In this document: positions 11,544 to 23,884 of the stretch, in pieces
Numbering within the stretch: position 1 is the stretch's first letter
Layout: each line of letters opens with the position of its first letter
From: Lingula anatina
Taxonomy: Eukaryota > Animalia > Brachiopoda
DNA: 64,000 nt
Direction: 5' to 3'
NCBI GenBank assembly: GCA_051362555.1
Contig: CM120642.1
Coordinates: forward strand, 26,536,001-26,600,000
Notes under the pieces: generated by a model
Seen by the model: only the letters and a program-made list of their open reading frames with translations
The model's database searches: none
What the model was told of the DNA's origin: nothing
Translations under genes and position numbers: made by a program

Positions 11544-14500
11544 TCACTCATCGGCAATTATCGAAGGTGGGCTATAACTGAACATTAATCTTACCTTGTG
11601 GTTTAACACACTCGTGTTTGCCACCAGGCTTTATCTGACAAGTGATCGGTGATCCCTTTAGTAATGGACAAGGGTTTGGGGTGCACGGGTCTGGTAGTGC
11701 AGTGGTGGTGGTGGTGGTTGGAACTGTTGTCGTTGTTATCTGTGATTCGCACTTCTTCCCCGTGAAACTTTGGCCACACAAACAGAAAAAATCATTTGCC
11801 TGTGAAAATGATCGAGTGAATTATTAATCAAAAGTTAAATTAACTCAAATAAGAAAATCCTTCATTTTTCACCAGTATTTTAAAAATATATGCAATATCT
11901 TTTACAATAACTTTCTTAATATCTCAAATTATCTATCGACACTGTAAACTATTGAAGTCTCACTAAGTAATTATATAATAGAACGAACTACTAAATTTTA
12001 GCATAAATGATAAATTGAAACTAATATAAGACGGTTTACTTAACTCGTTCGGCAACGAGGACCGACCGGTTTTGCTAAATGATGCATTTACATCGTACGC
12101 CTTTCAAAATGCCCGACCCTTTCACTTACCTGATCAAAACACAACCCACCATTCAAGCAAGGCGAAGAACTGCACTCATTTATATTAACGTCGCAGTACT
12201 GGCCTTTCCAACCTGGGCTACACGTGCAGGTTACCCCGGTTGATGTATCCCTGCACGTCGACGCATGCTTGCACGTGTTTTTGGTGCACGCCTCGTGCTG
12301 ACAATTGGGCCCTTTCCATCCAGCAGCGCAAGAACAAGTGTAGGCATTGGGAGCACTGGAACATGTTCCCCCGTTCAAACATGGAGAAGACCTGCACTGG
12401 TCGATGTCTACTTCACAATTTCGGCCACTGTAACCTGCTAGACAGACGCAACTGTAATTATTCGGAGACGACATGCATAACCCATTATGCAAACATGGAG
12501 CAGACCTGCACTGGTCGATGTCTACTTCACAATTTCGACCGCTGTAACCTGCTAGACAGACGCAACTGTAATTATTCGGAGAAGACATGCATAACCCATT
12601 ATACAAACATGGAGCAGACCTGCACTGGTCAATGTCAACTTGACAATTTGGACCACTGTAACCGGACAGGCAGACGCAACTGTAATTATTCGGAGACGAC
12701 ATGCATAACCCATTATGCAAACATGGAGCAGACCTGCACTGGTCGATGTCTACTTCACAATTTCGGCCACTGTAACCTGCTAGACAGACGCAACTGTAAT
12801 TATTCGGAGACGACATGCATAACCCATTATGCAAACATGGAGCAGACCTGCACTGGTCGATGTCTACTTCACAATTTCGACCGCTGTAGCCGGACAGGCA
12901 GACGCAACTGTAATTATTAGGAGATGGCATACATAACCCATTATGCAAACATGGGGAAGATCTGCATTGGTTGTTGTCGATTTCACAATGTCTACCACTG
13001 AATTCCTTGGGACAATCACAGTCGTATCCGTTTGGCTGATTGTGACACGTCCCTTTGTTTTGGCATGGGGACGATCTGCACATATTGTTGTCAATCTCAC
13101 AATTTCTTCCGCTGAAGCCGGGCGAACACACACATTTGTAATCATTTGGCTGGTTTTGACACGTTCCCTGATTTAAGCATGGGGACGACCTGCACATATT
13201 GATATCTGTTTTGCACAAATTCCCCGTAAAATCTTTAGAACACGTACAGCTGTAGCTATCTGGTTTATTTATACATTTCCCTTGATTGTGGCATGGCGAT
13301 GACCTGCATTTGTTGTTGTCGATTTCACAAAGAGCACCAGAGAAATCTGGTGGACACACGCAACTGTATGCATTGGGTTGGTTTTGACAAGTGGCTCCAT
13401 TTTTGCACGGCGACGACCTGCATTTATTGTTATCGGTTTCACAATGGCGACCACTAAAACCGTCCAAGCACTTACAATCATAGCCGTTTGGCATGTTTTG
13501 ACAAGTGGCTTGATTCTGACATGGGGACGATCTACACATGTTGTTGTCGATCTCACAATGGCGACCACTGAAATCGGGCATGCAATTACAACTGTACCCG
13601 TTCAGACTTTGAAGACATGTTCCTTGATTTTGGCATGGCGTCGACTCACAAAAATTCACCAGCTGGTTACAGTTCACGCCTGTATAGCCTGGTTGACAAG
13701 CGCATTTGTAGCTCCCGTATGTGTTGATGCATTGCTCTGAAAAAGTTTACGTATGTGAACAAATATCTATTACAGAGTCTCATGTACATGTATATAATTT
13801 TGTCTCGGTAAACAATTTTAACAATGAAAATGTTCTAGTGAAAAAAGGAATTCCATCTACAGCAACTTCTGCAAGAATGTGACGGACTATTAGAACTCAA
13901 TCCCCACCGTTGGATCAATATTGAACAAATGCATGTTCCTAATAACGTCGGATAGTTTCAAAGTTAACTGACTCACCATTTGTGTTACATGGGTTAAGCC
14001 CTACAGTCTGGAAATCGACGCACTCGTTGACATCTCTCTTGCAAGCCGGGAACCCTTTGAAGCCACGTGGACACCCGCAAAGTTCCCGGATTTCAGGGAA
14101 GATGTTAGAAAACATGTTGATCGTGCTGCTACTTTTTGTCGATTTACTGCGACTTTTACTTCTACGGCTTCTGTGCTTTTTAGATTTTTTTGATCCTTTT
14201 TTGGATGCCTTTGGTCCCTTTTTGGAATTTTTGCTGGATTTTAACAGGCTAGCACAATTATAATTTTGAGGCCCTTTAGCAGGCGCATGGTAGCTGGAGG
14301 GAAGCAAAATATTCTTCAGGGTTTCTAAAATTAAAAAGAGAAAAAATTATGAAAAAATTATGGAAATAAGAAAAATAAGAAACTGCGATACCAAGGTCAC
14401 GCACCTTAAATGTCACTTCAGGTCACCCTATACTCTTTATACACTGTATCTGCCCCCCCCCCCCAATTCCTAAGTAGAAAACGATACGTTGCAAAACCGT

Positions 14501-15011
14501 CAAGACCATGCAGTCGATTCTAAAAGAAATCACCATTACCAATGTGGCATCCATATTACTGAACTGTAACAGACACATTTCTCCCTTCATTTGATAAACA
14601 TGTCACAGTCTTTTAAAAACACAGCGAGGAAGTGATCAGTACACTAATTCACGTGAAACTCACCAACGACTGAAAGTTCGCAGTTTCTCCCTACATATCC
14701 TGGCTCACACACACACTGTCTGTTCACGCAGATTTCTGAAATCAGATTTCCTAAATATTTAAAGCGATTGAAATTTCGATCGACAACGAGATCTTTAGCA
14801 CTCAAACAAACAGACAAACATACAAATAAATATATTTAGATAAATAATTAACCTACCGTTAACAAAAAGATAAAAAATTAAAAAATATTATCTGAAGGAA
14901 TTTACCATTTGTCTTGCATCTTGGCCTCCGAGGGTCACATTTTTTACCTTGACAGAGAGACACCGACAACGCCAGGAAAATAACCGACACGAAAATCAGG
15001 ACACGAGTCAT
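10714..15011 (-). CDS. Secreted multi-EGF (fibropellin/Notch-like repeats) + VWC-like protein, paralog C
   Basis: Exons 15011-14906 (MTRVLIFVSVIFLALSVSLCQG-KKC), 14735-14664, 14324-13977 (Lys/Ser/Arg loop), 13736-12130 (13 complete EGF repeats), 11799-11595 (Thr linker + partial EGF), 11365-11251 and 10864-10714 (VWC-like C..W.EGC..C.C..C..C..CC..C; ends PPPYLYDKARGGIYND*). All phases are consistent and there is no TM segment. Confidence 0.9.
11479..11543. repeat. Compound microsatellite (TA)n(GA)n
   Basis: Directly visible in intron 5 of paralog C. Confidence 0.95.
12378..12950 (-). repeat. Near-identical 114-bp tandem EGF units within paralog C exon 4
   Basis: About five consecutive units encoding (E/Q)VDIDQCRSAPCLHNGLCMSSPNNYSCVCL(A/S)GYSG(R/P)NC with few substitutions. 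Confidence 0.9.
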
Positions 15012-15059
15012 TTTATGGCAAATTGACGTTACCAGAACGATGAGACGGTCATTCAACTG

Positions 15060-15210
15060 CGGTGTCTATGAGCCGCTGATGTCCAGAGACACGCTATAAA
15101 TAAACGCAAAACTCGTACTCTCCAAATTTTGGAGTATCCACGAGGAGCATAATCGCAATGCCCGAGTGGATAGGCGTCAAAAAAATGCGAACTGATAACT
15201 TATACCTCAT
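15060..15210 (-). promoter_or_regulatory. Putative proximal promoter of paralog C
   Basis: TATTTATA on the minus strand (15095-15102) about 85 bp upstream of the ATG, plus a block conserved with 22570-22720 upstream of paralog D. Confidence 0.55.
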
Positions 15211-16719
15211 CAGTGTTTGGTTGATATGACACTATCTTCTGTCTACATGATTGGTTTGAAGTTCTTAAAAATCAAATTACCAAATTATCAAATTTTAATT
15301 TAAAGTTAAAACATACTAGTGACTCAGGGTGCAATAAGTGATAAGAGATAACCAACATGAATTGCAAATTATAATTCAGTGTGATTTCATTTTACTACTG
15401 CATATTTTTTACTCTGACATGTTAAGGTCTTGGTACAATGGCAACTGTGGATATCAGCTCGGTCAAATAAATAAATTAATAAAAAAGATAAGCCGGATTT
15501 CAGCAAAAATAAGTAAAAGCATTTCCCACATTCATGTATTTTGACACTGTTCCATTTTTTTCTTTCATAATACAGAGGCATTTTCTATAACCTCTGACAT
15601 GCAGTCATTTATAATAAAATATTATATACTGGCCAGAAAAAGAAACATCTTTCTTTGGACCACAATGATTTAAAGGCACATGTAAGGCTAGTCACTTCTT
15701 TCAGTGACAACACTTTAGTCCTTCAGAAGAGTACTGATACGCTTGAATTATTTCTGGCTATGGCTTCTGTTAAATTTTCAGACATTTTGTCCAAACACAA
15801 ATTGGGACAAAAGTCTTGCAGAAATCAATAGACTAAAGAGTCGCACTGGTGGAAGAATGGAGAAGGATGCCCCCGGTCCGCATGAGAGGTCTCGCATGGT
15901 CCATGAGGGAACTAGCCCGCATTGCAGCCAGGGGAATGCACACGTGTTACTGAATGATGAACTGACATTTATGCGTCTCGATTCCATAACTCGCCCATAC
16001 TCGAGTAATAATAATACACTGTAGCCTCTATGTGAAATCGCTTTTCGCAATACGCGATGCTTTCGAGCTACAGGGCCCAGTTCTCTTTCAATTGTCATGT
16101 TGGTACCGTCCGACACATACAAGTTGCGAAAGCTTTTGCATTTTGCATGCCAGAAACGAAACATGGCAGTATCAAGTGGTAAGATTTAGTGAAATGTTTT
16201 AGTTGGATTAGGGCCGATACGTATTAACAAATATAAGTTCGCCTCCTGCGTGCCTTGTCGTTCTTCAGGTTGTAGCCAAACAATACAAATACGCGTGTGC
16301 TTTGCTCAACAAACACAATTACTTTATTTTTCATCATAACATTCATCTCCACGATCTTTCACGTCTTTTAATATAATTTAAAAAATTGGCAACGAGTCCC
16401 AGGTATTAATTTACAGTGATATCGCTACGATGGAGCTGGAAGTTGAATAACGCATATGGACACAAATGAAATCATTTTCCATTTGCAAACGATTGTTGAA
16501 CGTCCGATGTGCCACTTCCGTTTCATAATATGCTTTAATCATTAAAATTATACGAGTTCCTTATAAGCCAGATACTCAGGGGTAGAATACTTCACAAAAA
16601 TCTTGCCAGTGAAATAAATAATCATGTATTTCCTTCCTTCCATATCTAAAGGCCAAATCAAACAAATTAAGTGTAAATCATCCCGTTAAAATCATAAACG
16701 CGTAGCAACCTATCCCCAG

Positions 16720-16751
<32 letters not shown>

Positions 16752-16993
16752 ACAATTTACAAAGTAAAACGGCGCAAATAGCAATCAAACTTATATACCA
16801 TTTCCCCTAAAGAAATAATATCAATTACATGTACAAATCAGATACAGAAATTTAGACAAGAACAGATATGCAATGATGTTTTGATTCCATCAACCATATA
16901 ACATGAAAATTTGCTAAAAAAGAGTCATATTGTCATCCTGTTCACTTGTCTCTGTTCTTGAAAATAACACCATGGGCGTTTTTTAAGCTACGG

Positions 16994-19900
16994 CTATGGC
17001 GGAGGGGTGAAACCCGAGCAGTTCAATTCAGAACAGCATTTCCCGGGCTTGGGCGGGTCCAGGCGACAGCCATTGGGAACGCCAACTTTCAGCCAGTCAA
17101 AGCACCTGTTTCAGGGTAAAGATAAGTACATTTTAGAGTTGTACGGATTTTCGTCTTGGTGAATACATGATTTGTTGTGTACGGGACGGTTTAACTTAGT
17201 GAACTTTACATGACCCGTAAAATCTACGGTATATTTAATTCTTTGTTTTTTCCAAAATTGACAGGCCCAACCAAAAGTAGTGAGAAGAACTATTACAACC
17301 ATGGACATTTAAACGTTGCTATGAATGTTTCACGTGGATATTGACATAAATATGTTTCGCTTATCCGGTGTACTTTGGTTTTCATTCAAAAATGAAATAA
17401 TTAAAATGGTACATTTTGCAGCTCATCTATAAACTAGGGCATAAATTTACTCATATTTTTTCGCAGTGCACACGAAAAAATGTGAGGCGTGGATATTCAC
17501 AATTGTATTTCTCTCTTTTCCAACTTGGGTGCAACTAGAATTTAAAACGTTCACTCAAAAATTGAAATATTTCTTAAATATCCATTTTAGGACTCGGTTA
17601 TCAAAGGGCATTTACTCACATTGCCTCACAATGAACAAAGTTCACTATCGCCTTCGCGCACAAACATTTTCTCTCACAGCCCTCTTTCCACCGTTTTCCT
17701 TGCTTGTAAAGAGTGTTGTTCCTCAAACAGTAATCTGAAAATACATGCTCCGTTATTTCTCTGCTTTACTACTTCTCCCAGAGCGAAATTACTATAAGCC
17801 TGGGCACTTGACTTGGTGCCACTCTGTGTTGCCTTGCAATCTGCCTCATAAGTACCCCAGCACGATGACTTTCTATAATTTACCATCTGATTTCCTCGCT
17901 GAGTCTTTTTCTAATCATTTGTTGTTACAATATTACAAAATGTACCAATAATATATATATATCGTGAACCTTATTCATTGTCCTGCCTTTCAGAACTAAA
18001 CCTTTTTAACAATCTGATAAAGCCATTAATTGAACAACAGCATGTTATATAACATCACAGCTATGGGGAAATATGAACATAAGACTGCTACTATATATTT
18101 TGGCTTACCTTGTGGTTTGATACACTCGTGTTTGCCACGAGGCTTTATTTTACAAGTGATCGGTGATCCCTTTAGTAATGGACAAGGGTTTGGGGTGCAC
18201 GGGTCTGGTAGTGCAGTGGTGGTGGTGGTTGGAACTGTTGTCGTCGTAATCTGTGTTTGACAATTCTTCCCCGTGAACCTTTGGCCGCATAAACAGAAAT
18301 AATCATTTGCCTGTGGAAATAATTGAAGGAATTGCCAATCAAAAGTTAAATGAAGCGAGAAGTGGACAATTCTTTCTTTTTCTTGAACTTGTGTTTCACG
18401 ACAATATCATTCCACAGTAAATTACTTCATTTCGCAATTTTCTTAACGCCAATATTAAGATTGAATTATCGCTGAAGTAAGATAAACTACTCAATTTACA
18501 CATTAATAGCATAAAATTATGTAAGCTTACGGTTCAACAACTCGCGTAGATGTTCTATATTTCTTGGTAAAAAAAACTGACTGATTAGGTTAATGAGCTT
18601 CTCACTTACCTGATCAAAACACAACCCACCATTCAAGCAAGGCAAAGAACTGCATTCATTGATATTTATGTCGCAGTACTGGCCCGTCCAACCTGGGCTA
18701 CACGTGCAGGTTACCCCGGACGATGTATCCCTGCACGTCGACGCATGCTTGCACGTGTTTTTGGTGCACGCCTCGTGCTGACAATTGGGCCCTTTCCATC
18801 CAACGGCGCAAGAACAAGTATAAGTATTGGGGGCACTGGAACATGTTCCACCGTTCAAACATGGAGCCGATCTGCACTGGTCAATGTCAACTTGACAATT
18901 TGGACCGCTGTAACCTGATAGGCAGACGCAACTGTAATTATTCGGAGATGGTTTACATAACCCATTATGCATACATGGCGAAGATCTGCATTGGTTGTTG
19001 TCGATTTCACAATGTCTACCACTGAATTCCCTGGGACAATTACAGTCGTAACCGTTTGGTTTGTTATGGCAGGTTCCTTGGTTTTTACACGGGGAAGATC
19101 GACACATGGCTTTGTCAATGTCGCAGTGTTTGCCACTAAAACCAGGTAGACAACCACATGTGTAATTATTCGGCTGGTTGGAGCAAGTGCCTTTATTCTT
19201 GCACGGCGATGATCGACAGAGGTTTCCGTCGATATCGCAATGTTGCCCGCTGAAATCCCTTGGACACAGGCAGTCGTAACTGTTGGGTTTATTCTTACAA
19301 GTACCCAGATTTTTGCAGGGAGAAAACCGGCACATATTGTTATCAGTTAAACAATGCTTGCCACTGAAACCTACTGGACACAAGCAAGTATAAGCATTGG
19401 GTTTGTTTTGACAAGTTGCTCCGTTTTTACATGGCGATGATTTACACATATTGTTGTTGATCTCACATTTGTGTCCGTTGAAGCCAGGGGAGCATAAACA
19501 GTCGTAACCGTTTGGCTGATTGTGACACGTCCCTTTGTTTTGGCATGGGGACGATCTGCACATATTGTTATCAATCTCACAATTTCTTCCGCTGAAGCCA
19601 GGTGAACACACACATTTGTAGTTATTTGGTTGGTTATGACATGTTCCCTGATTTTGACACGGGGACGATCTGCACATATTGATGTCTGTTTTGCACAAAG
19701 TTCCCGTAAAATATTTAGAACATGTACAGCTGTAGCTATTTGGTTTATTTATACATTTCCCATGGTTCTGACATGGGGATGACCTGCACTTGTTGTTGTC
19801 GATTTCACAAAGAGCACCAGAGAAATCTGGTGGACACACGCACCTGTATGCATTGGGTAGGTTTTGACAAGTGGCTCCATTTTTGCACGGCGACGACCTG

Positions 19901-22519
19901 CATTTATTGTTATCAGTTTCACAATGGCGACCGCCAAAACCGTTCAGGCACTTACAATCGTAACCGTTCGGCTTGTTATGACAAGTGGCTTTATTCTTAC
20001 AGGGGGCCAACCTACACATATTGTTGTCAGTTTGGCAGAACCGTCCATTGAAACCGGACGGACATACGCAGTCGAATCCATTCGGCTTATTTCTGCAAGC
20101 TGCTCCATTCTTGCACGGGGACGACCTGCATTTATTGTTATCAGTTTCACAATGGCGACCACTAAAACTGTTCAAGCACTTACAATCGTAACCGTTCGGT
20201 TTGTTATGACAAGTGGCTTTATTCTTGCAGGGGGACGACCTACACATGTTGTTGTCAGTTTCACAATGGCGACCACTAAAACCGCTCAGGCACTTACAAT
20301 CGTAACCGTTCGGCGTATTTTGGCAAGGGGCTTGATTCTGACATGGGGACGATCTACACATGTTGTTGTCAGTTTCACAATGGCGACCACTAAAACCAGA
20401 CTTGCATTTACAACTGTAACCGTTAAGTCTTCGAAGACAGATTCCTCCATTCTGACATGGCGTCGACTTGCAAAAGTCCACCTGTTGATTGCAATTCACG
20501 CCGGTATAGCCCGGTTTACAAACGCACTTAAAGCTCCCGTGTGTGTTGATGCATTGCTCTGAAAGAGACGACATTTAAAGAAGTACAAACTCTGACTTTG
20601 ATGTATGGGAAAAAATGTCTATTGCAGACTGCCATGTTCATCATCTCATCTGTATATTCAATTTTTTATCATAAAAATATATCAAGAAAAAATGGAATTT
20701 CAATTTAAACAACTCCAGCATTAGAGTGACAGACTAATAACACTTGAAAACCTCCAGAACGCATTATTTACTTTATTGACTATTCGGCGTTAGCGTTTTA
20801 CATGTATGATCTCCGGTTTTGATCAAAACGGCTGTCGGTTTTCCCTTAGTTTCCCCCATTAGCCTACTCTACTCACAGTTGCACTTTTTGCCAAATACTG
20901 TTTAGGATCAGAAATCGGTCATTAGAAGACCAAATGTAAAACATTGAGGAAATGGGTTCTCCGCCGTATGTATTCTTATGAAAAGTCATGTCTGACTGGA
21001 AACTTAAACAGTCTTTGAATTTGTTCAGTTTCTAGTAGAGAGCAAATGGGGTGGTTTTTAACACCTAGGCCACGAAAAACTCGATTATTTGAAAGCTGTT
21101 TATTATGTATACTTGAATTTTTTTAACTTCGTGCAGTACAAACTAAATTGGTGTATCACCATCCATTGCCGTTTGTGGGTGATTTACGATTTTTATGATT
21201 TTTTTTAGAAATACACAGTTATTGTATTGACCAATTTGCTCAATCTTATATGTAAATAAATCAACCGTTAGCCTTTAACATCGTAACACTATCAAATCAT
21301 ACCTGTAAATAGTTGGGACGAGAGACTAAAAAGAACAGAAACGTGTTCTTAAAAATCACGTAATGCTTAAGTTAAGTAAAAACAACTCACCATTGGTGTT
21401 ACATGGATTAAGTCCTACTTTCTTAAAATCGACGCACTCGTTGACGTCTCTTTTGCAAGCCGGAAACCCTGTGAAGCCACGTCGACACCTGCAAAGTTCC
21501 CGGATTTCAGGGAAGACGCTTGAAAACATGTCGATCATGCCGTTCTTTTTTGTCGATTTGCTGCGACTTTTACTTCTACGACTTCTCTTTTTAGACTTTT
21601 TTGACCCTTTGGACTTCTTGGACTTCTTGGACTTCTTCGACCCCTTTTTGGACTTTTTCGACTTTTTGTTGGATTTTAGCATACTGGCACAGGTATATTT
21701 TTGATAAACTTTATTAGGCGCACGAAAGGTGGAAGGGAAGAACATATTCTTCAGGGCCTCTAAAAAAATAAAAAGAAAAAGAAAAAGATGTAAAAATTAA
21801 TGGTGGAAATAAGAACGCTATGCTAAGCCCAGGGGCCTTAGCTTCAGCAATCTAGGCCACCACATTTTCAATATCATTAACGTTTCCTCCGCTATTCAAA
21901 AAATAGAAAGCGTAAACTTAAAAAGCTTGAAAGAAAGTAATAATATTAAAAATTTCCCGTTGTCAACATAATTTGAGTGCTTTAAAGAAATGAGATACAT
22001 AACGCGCAAGACCAATTAATTTTGAATTAAATACCGCAACTCCAATGTGGGATTTATTTTACTGAAGTATGATTGCCGCATTTCTTCCCTGATATAAAAT
22101 GGTAAAAACACAGCAAAGAGGTTATCTGTGAATATGTAGAATGATTCAACTGACACTTACCAACAACTGAAAGTTCGCAGTTTTTTCCCACATACCCTGG
22201 CTTACACACACATTGTTTCCTTACGCATATTTCTGAAATATATATTTCGTTATATACAGTACTCCATTCAAAAGATAAAAACCTGCGCATCTCTACTACA
22301 AATAGTTATCATGGAAATGATGGCAAACTATATATGATAGTAAACTTTGAACGATAACAAGGTCTTAAACTCTCAAACAAAAAACAAAATAAATAACCGT
22401 TACACAAATTTACCGTTTGTCTTGCATTTCGGTCTCCGGGGATCACATTTTTTTCCTTCACTGATTGACACCGACAACGCCAGGAAAATAACCGAAACAA
22501 AAATCAGGAGCCGAGCCAT
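16994..22519 (-). CDS. Secreted multi-EGF + VWC-like protein, paralog D
   Basis: Exons 22519-22414 (MARLLIFVSVIFLALSVSISEG-KKC), 22232-22161, 21759-21391 (Lys/Ser loop), 20558-18610 (16 complete EGF repeats), 18310-18109, 17734-17620, 17105-16994 (ends CSGFTPPP*). Same exon/phase structure as paralog C. Confidence 0.9.
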
Positions 22520-22569
22520 ATTATGGCAGATTGATGTCCCCAGACCAATGTAACAGATAACCAAACCCG

Positions 22570-22720
22570 GTGCCTCTGAACACCGATGTCCGGAGACAGC
22601 CTATAAATAAACGTCGTAAAACCCAGACTCTCCCTTAATTTTGGAGTATCCATGAGGAATACAATCGTAATGCCCGAGTGGATAGGAGTGGAAATATGTG
22701 AACTAATAACTTACATCTCT
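22570..22720 (-). promoter_or_regulatory. Putative proximal promoter of paralog D
   Basis: TATTTATA on the minus strand (22602-22609) and the conserved block ttttggagtatcca.gagga...aatgcccgagtggatagg shared with paralog C. Confidence 0.55.
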
Positions 22721-23884
22721 CCGAGACAAGTTATCTGTTGAGATACGTCGCGGTTGTTGAAATTCGCAGTAGTTCAACAAAGGTTACGTAACCATCTTAA
22801 GCCCAATGCCTTTAAAGTGAACGTGTCCGCACGTTCCTACGTTATTAATTTTGGATTCTCATTAAAAGTAACTAAATATAGACATTATCATAAACTAAAA
22901 ATAACGGAGACATTCTTTTGGAGATGTTTGTTGGGAAAACAAGATTCAAGGCACGTGTTAATAAATAAATGTGAGTATTCCGAACGGTTACATTTAACGT
23001 TGCGTTTAAAATCATACAAAGTTCGTAAAAAAGTGGATCATGAGGGGCATTGGAAAATCGAGATATTTGCTTCTATTTGTCTTTATTTCAATGCACGGAC
23101 CACTACACTGGTGACTTAGCCGTGTACACTGTTAACGACGGGCAGTATATTAGCATCATGCCCCCATGACAGTACATATTTCCATCTAAAAGATTGCTCT
23201 CCTCATGATCAGCCACCTTAAAAAAATGATTTTGACCCCACTCGACCCCCACCTCATTTCGTCGACAATATTTTTTAAAATCTGCCTTGAAATGACAGAA
23301 ATTATAAAGAGTATCAAATTATTGTTAGCAATGAGCACATCTGATAGTATTAACATTCACAGAAATTAATCACTGCTAACACGTCCTCCCAAGTTTTTTA
23401 AAGACCACAATCTTTGAAAACTGAAATTCAATAAATGAATTACTCAAAAATTACTACCGTCTAAATGTTAATTAAGCACTTAGAGCAGTTCAGAATCGTC
23501 CACTATTATGAAAGCAATGCTGAAACAATTCTTTATTTTCGTGAAATAACCAGTGAGATATGATCTATACGAATTGCACTGACATAGTAACTGTGCAAAC
23601 CCTGACAGGCGTAATACTCAATTAGACCACCAAGGCGCATGAGTGATCTGGAGAGGCTTCAGTGCGGTAACTTTGATGTCTTTTACTTTTTTAACTTTAA
23701 CCAGCCTTATCAACAGCATTTACAATAGGCGCCTTTACATGAAACTACGCAAAAAGTACATTTCTTGAATTAGTTTGAAACTGCATTTAAAAACAGGTGT
23801 CACGAAGCCTACACACAAATATCTCCACTATGGAGACGACGCACCCGATATTCAGGCCGATCTTACCAGGGGAATTCAATGCTC

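Noticed and set aside
15743-16164. GC-richer segment with overlapping ORFs on both strands between paralogs C and D
   Set aside because: No recognisable domain, exon chain or terminal repeats; possibly a transposon remnant, but unsupported.
12240-20562. Long antisense and off-frame ORFs over the EGF exons (e.g. 12240-12920, 19864-20562)
   Set aside because: By-products of repetitive EGF codon usage; no independent motifs.
12088-20574. Calling the EGF arrays Notch, Delta/Serrate, Crumbs or true fibropellin
   Set aside because: No DSL, LNR, laminin-G, CUB, avidin, TM or ankyrin regions were found; the proteins end after a VWC-like domain.
20797-21257. Extra sequence in intron 3 of paralog D with a short imperfect inverted match at its ends (tttacatgtatgat / atcttatatgtaaa)
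   Set aside because: The match is short and AT-rich and no TSD was seen; too weak to call as an element.
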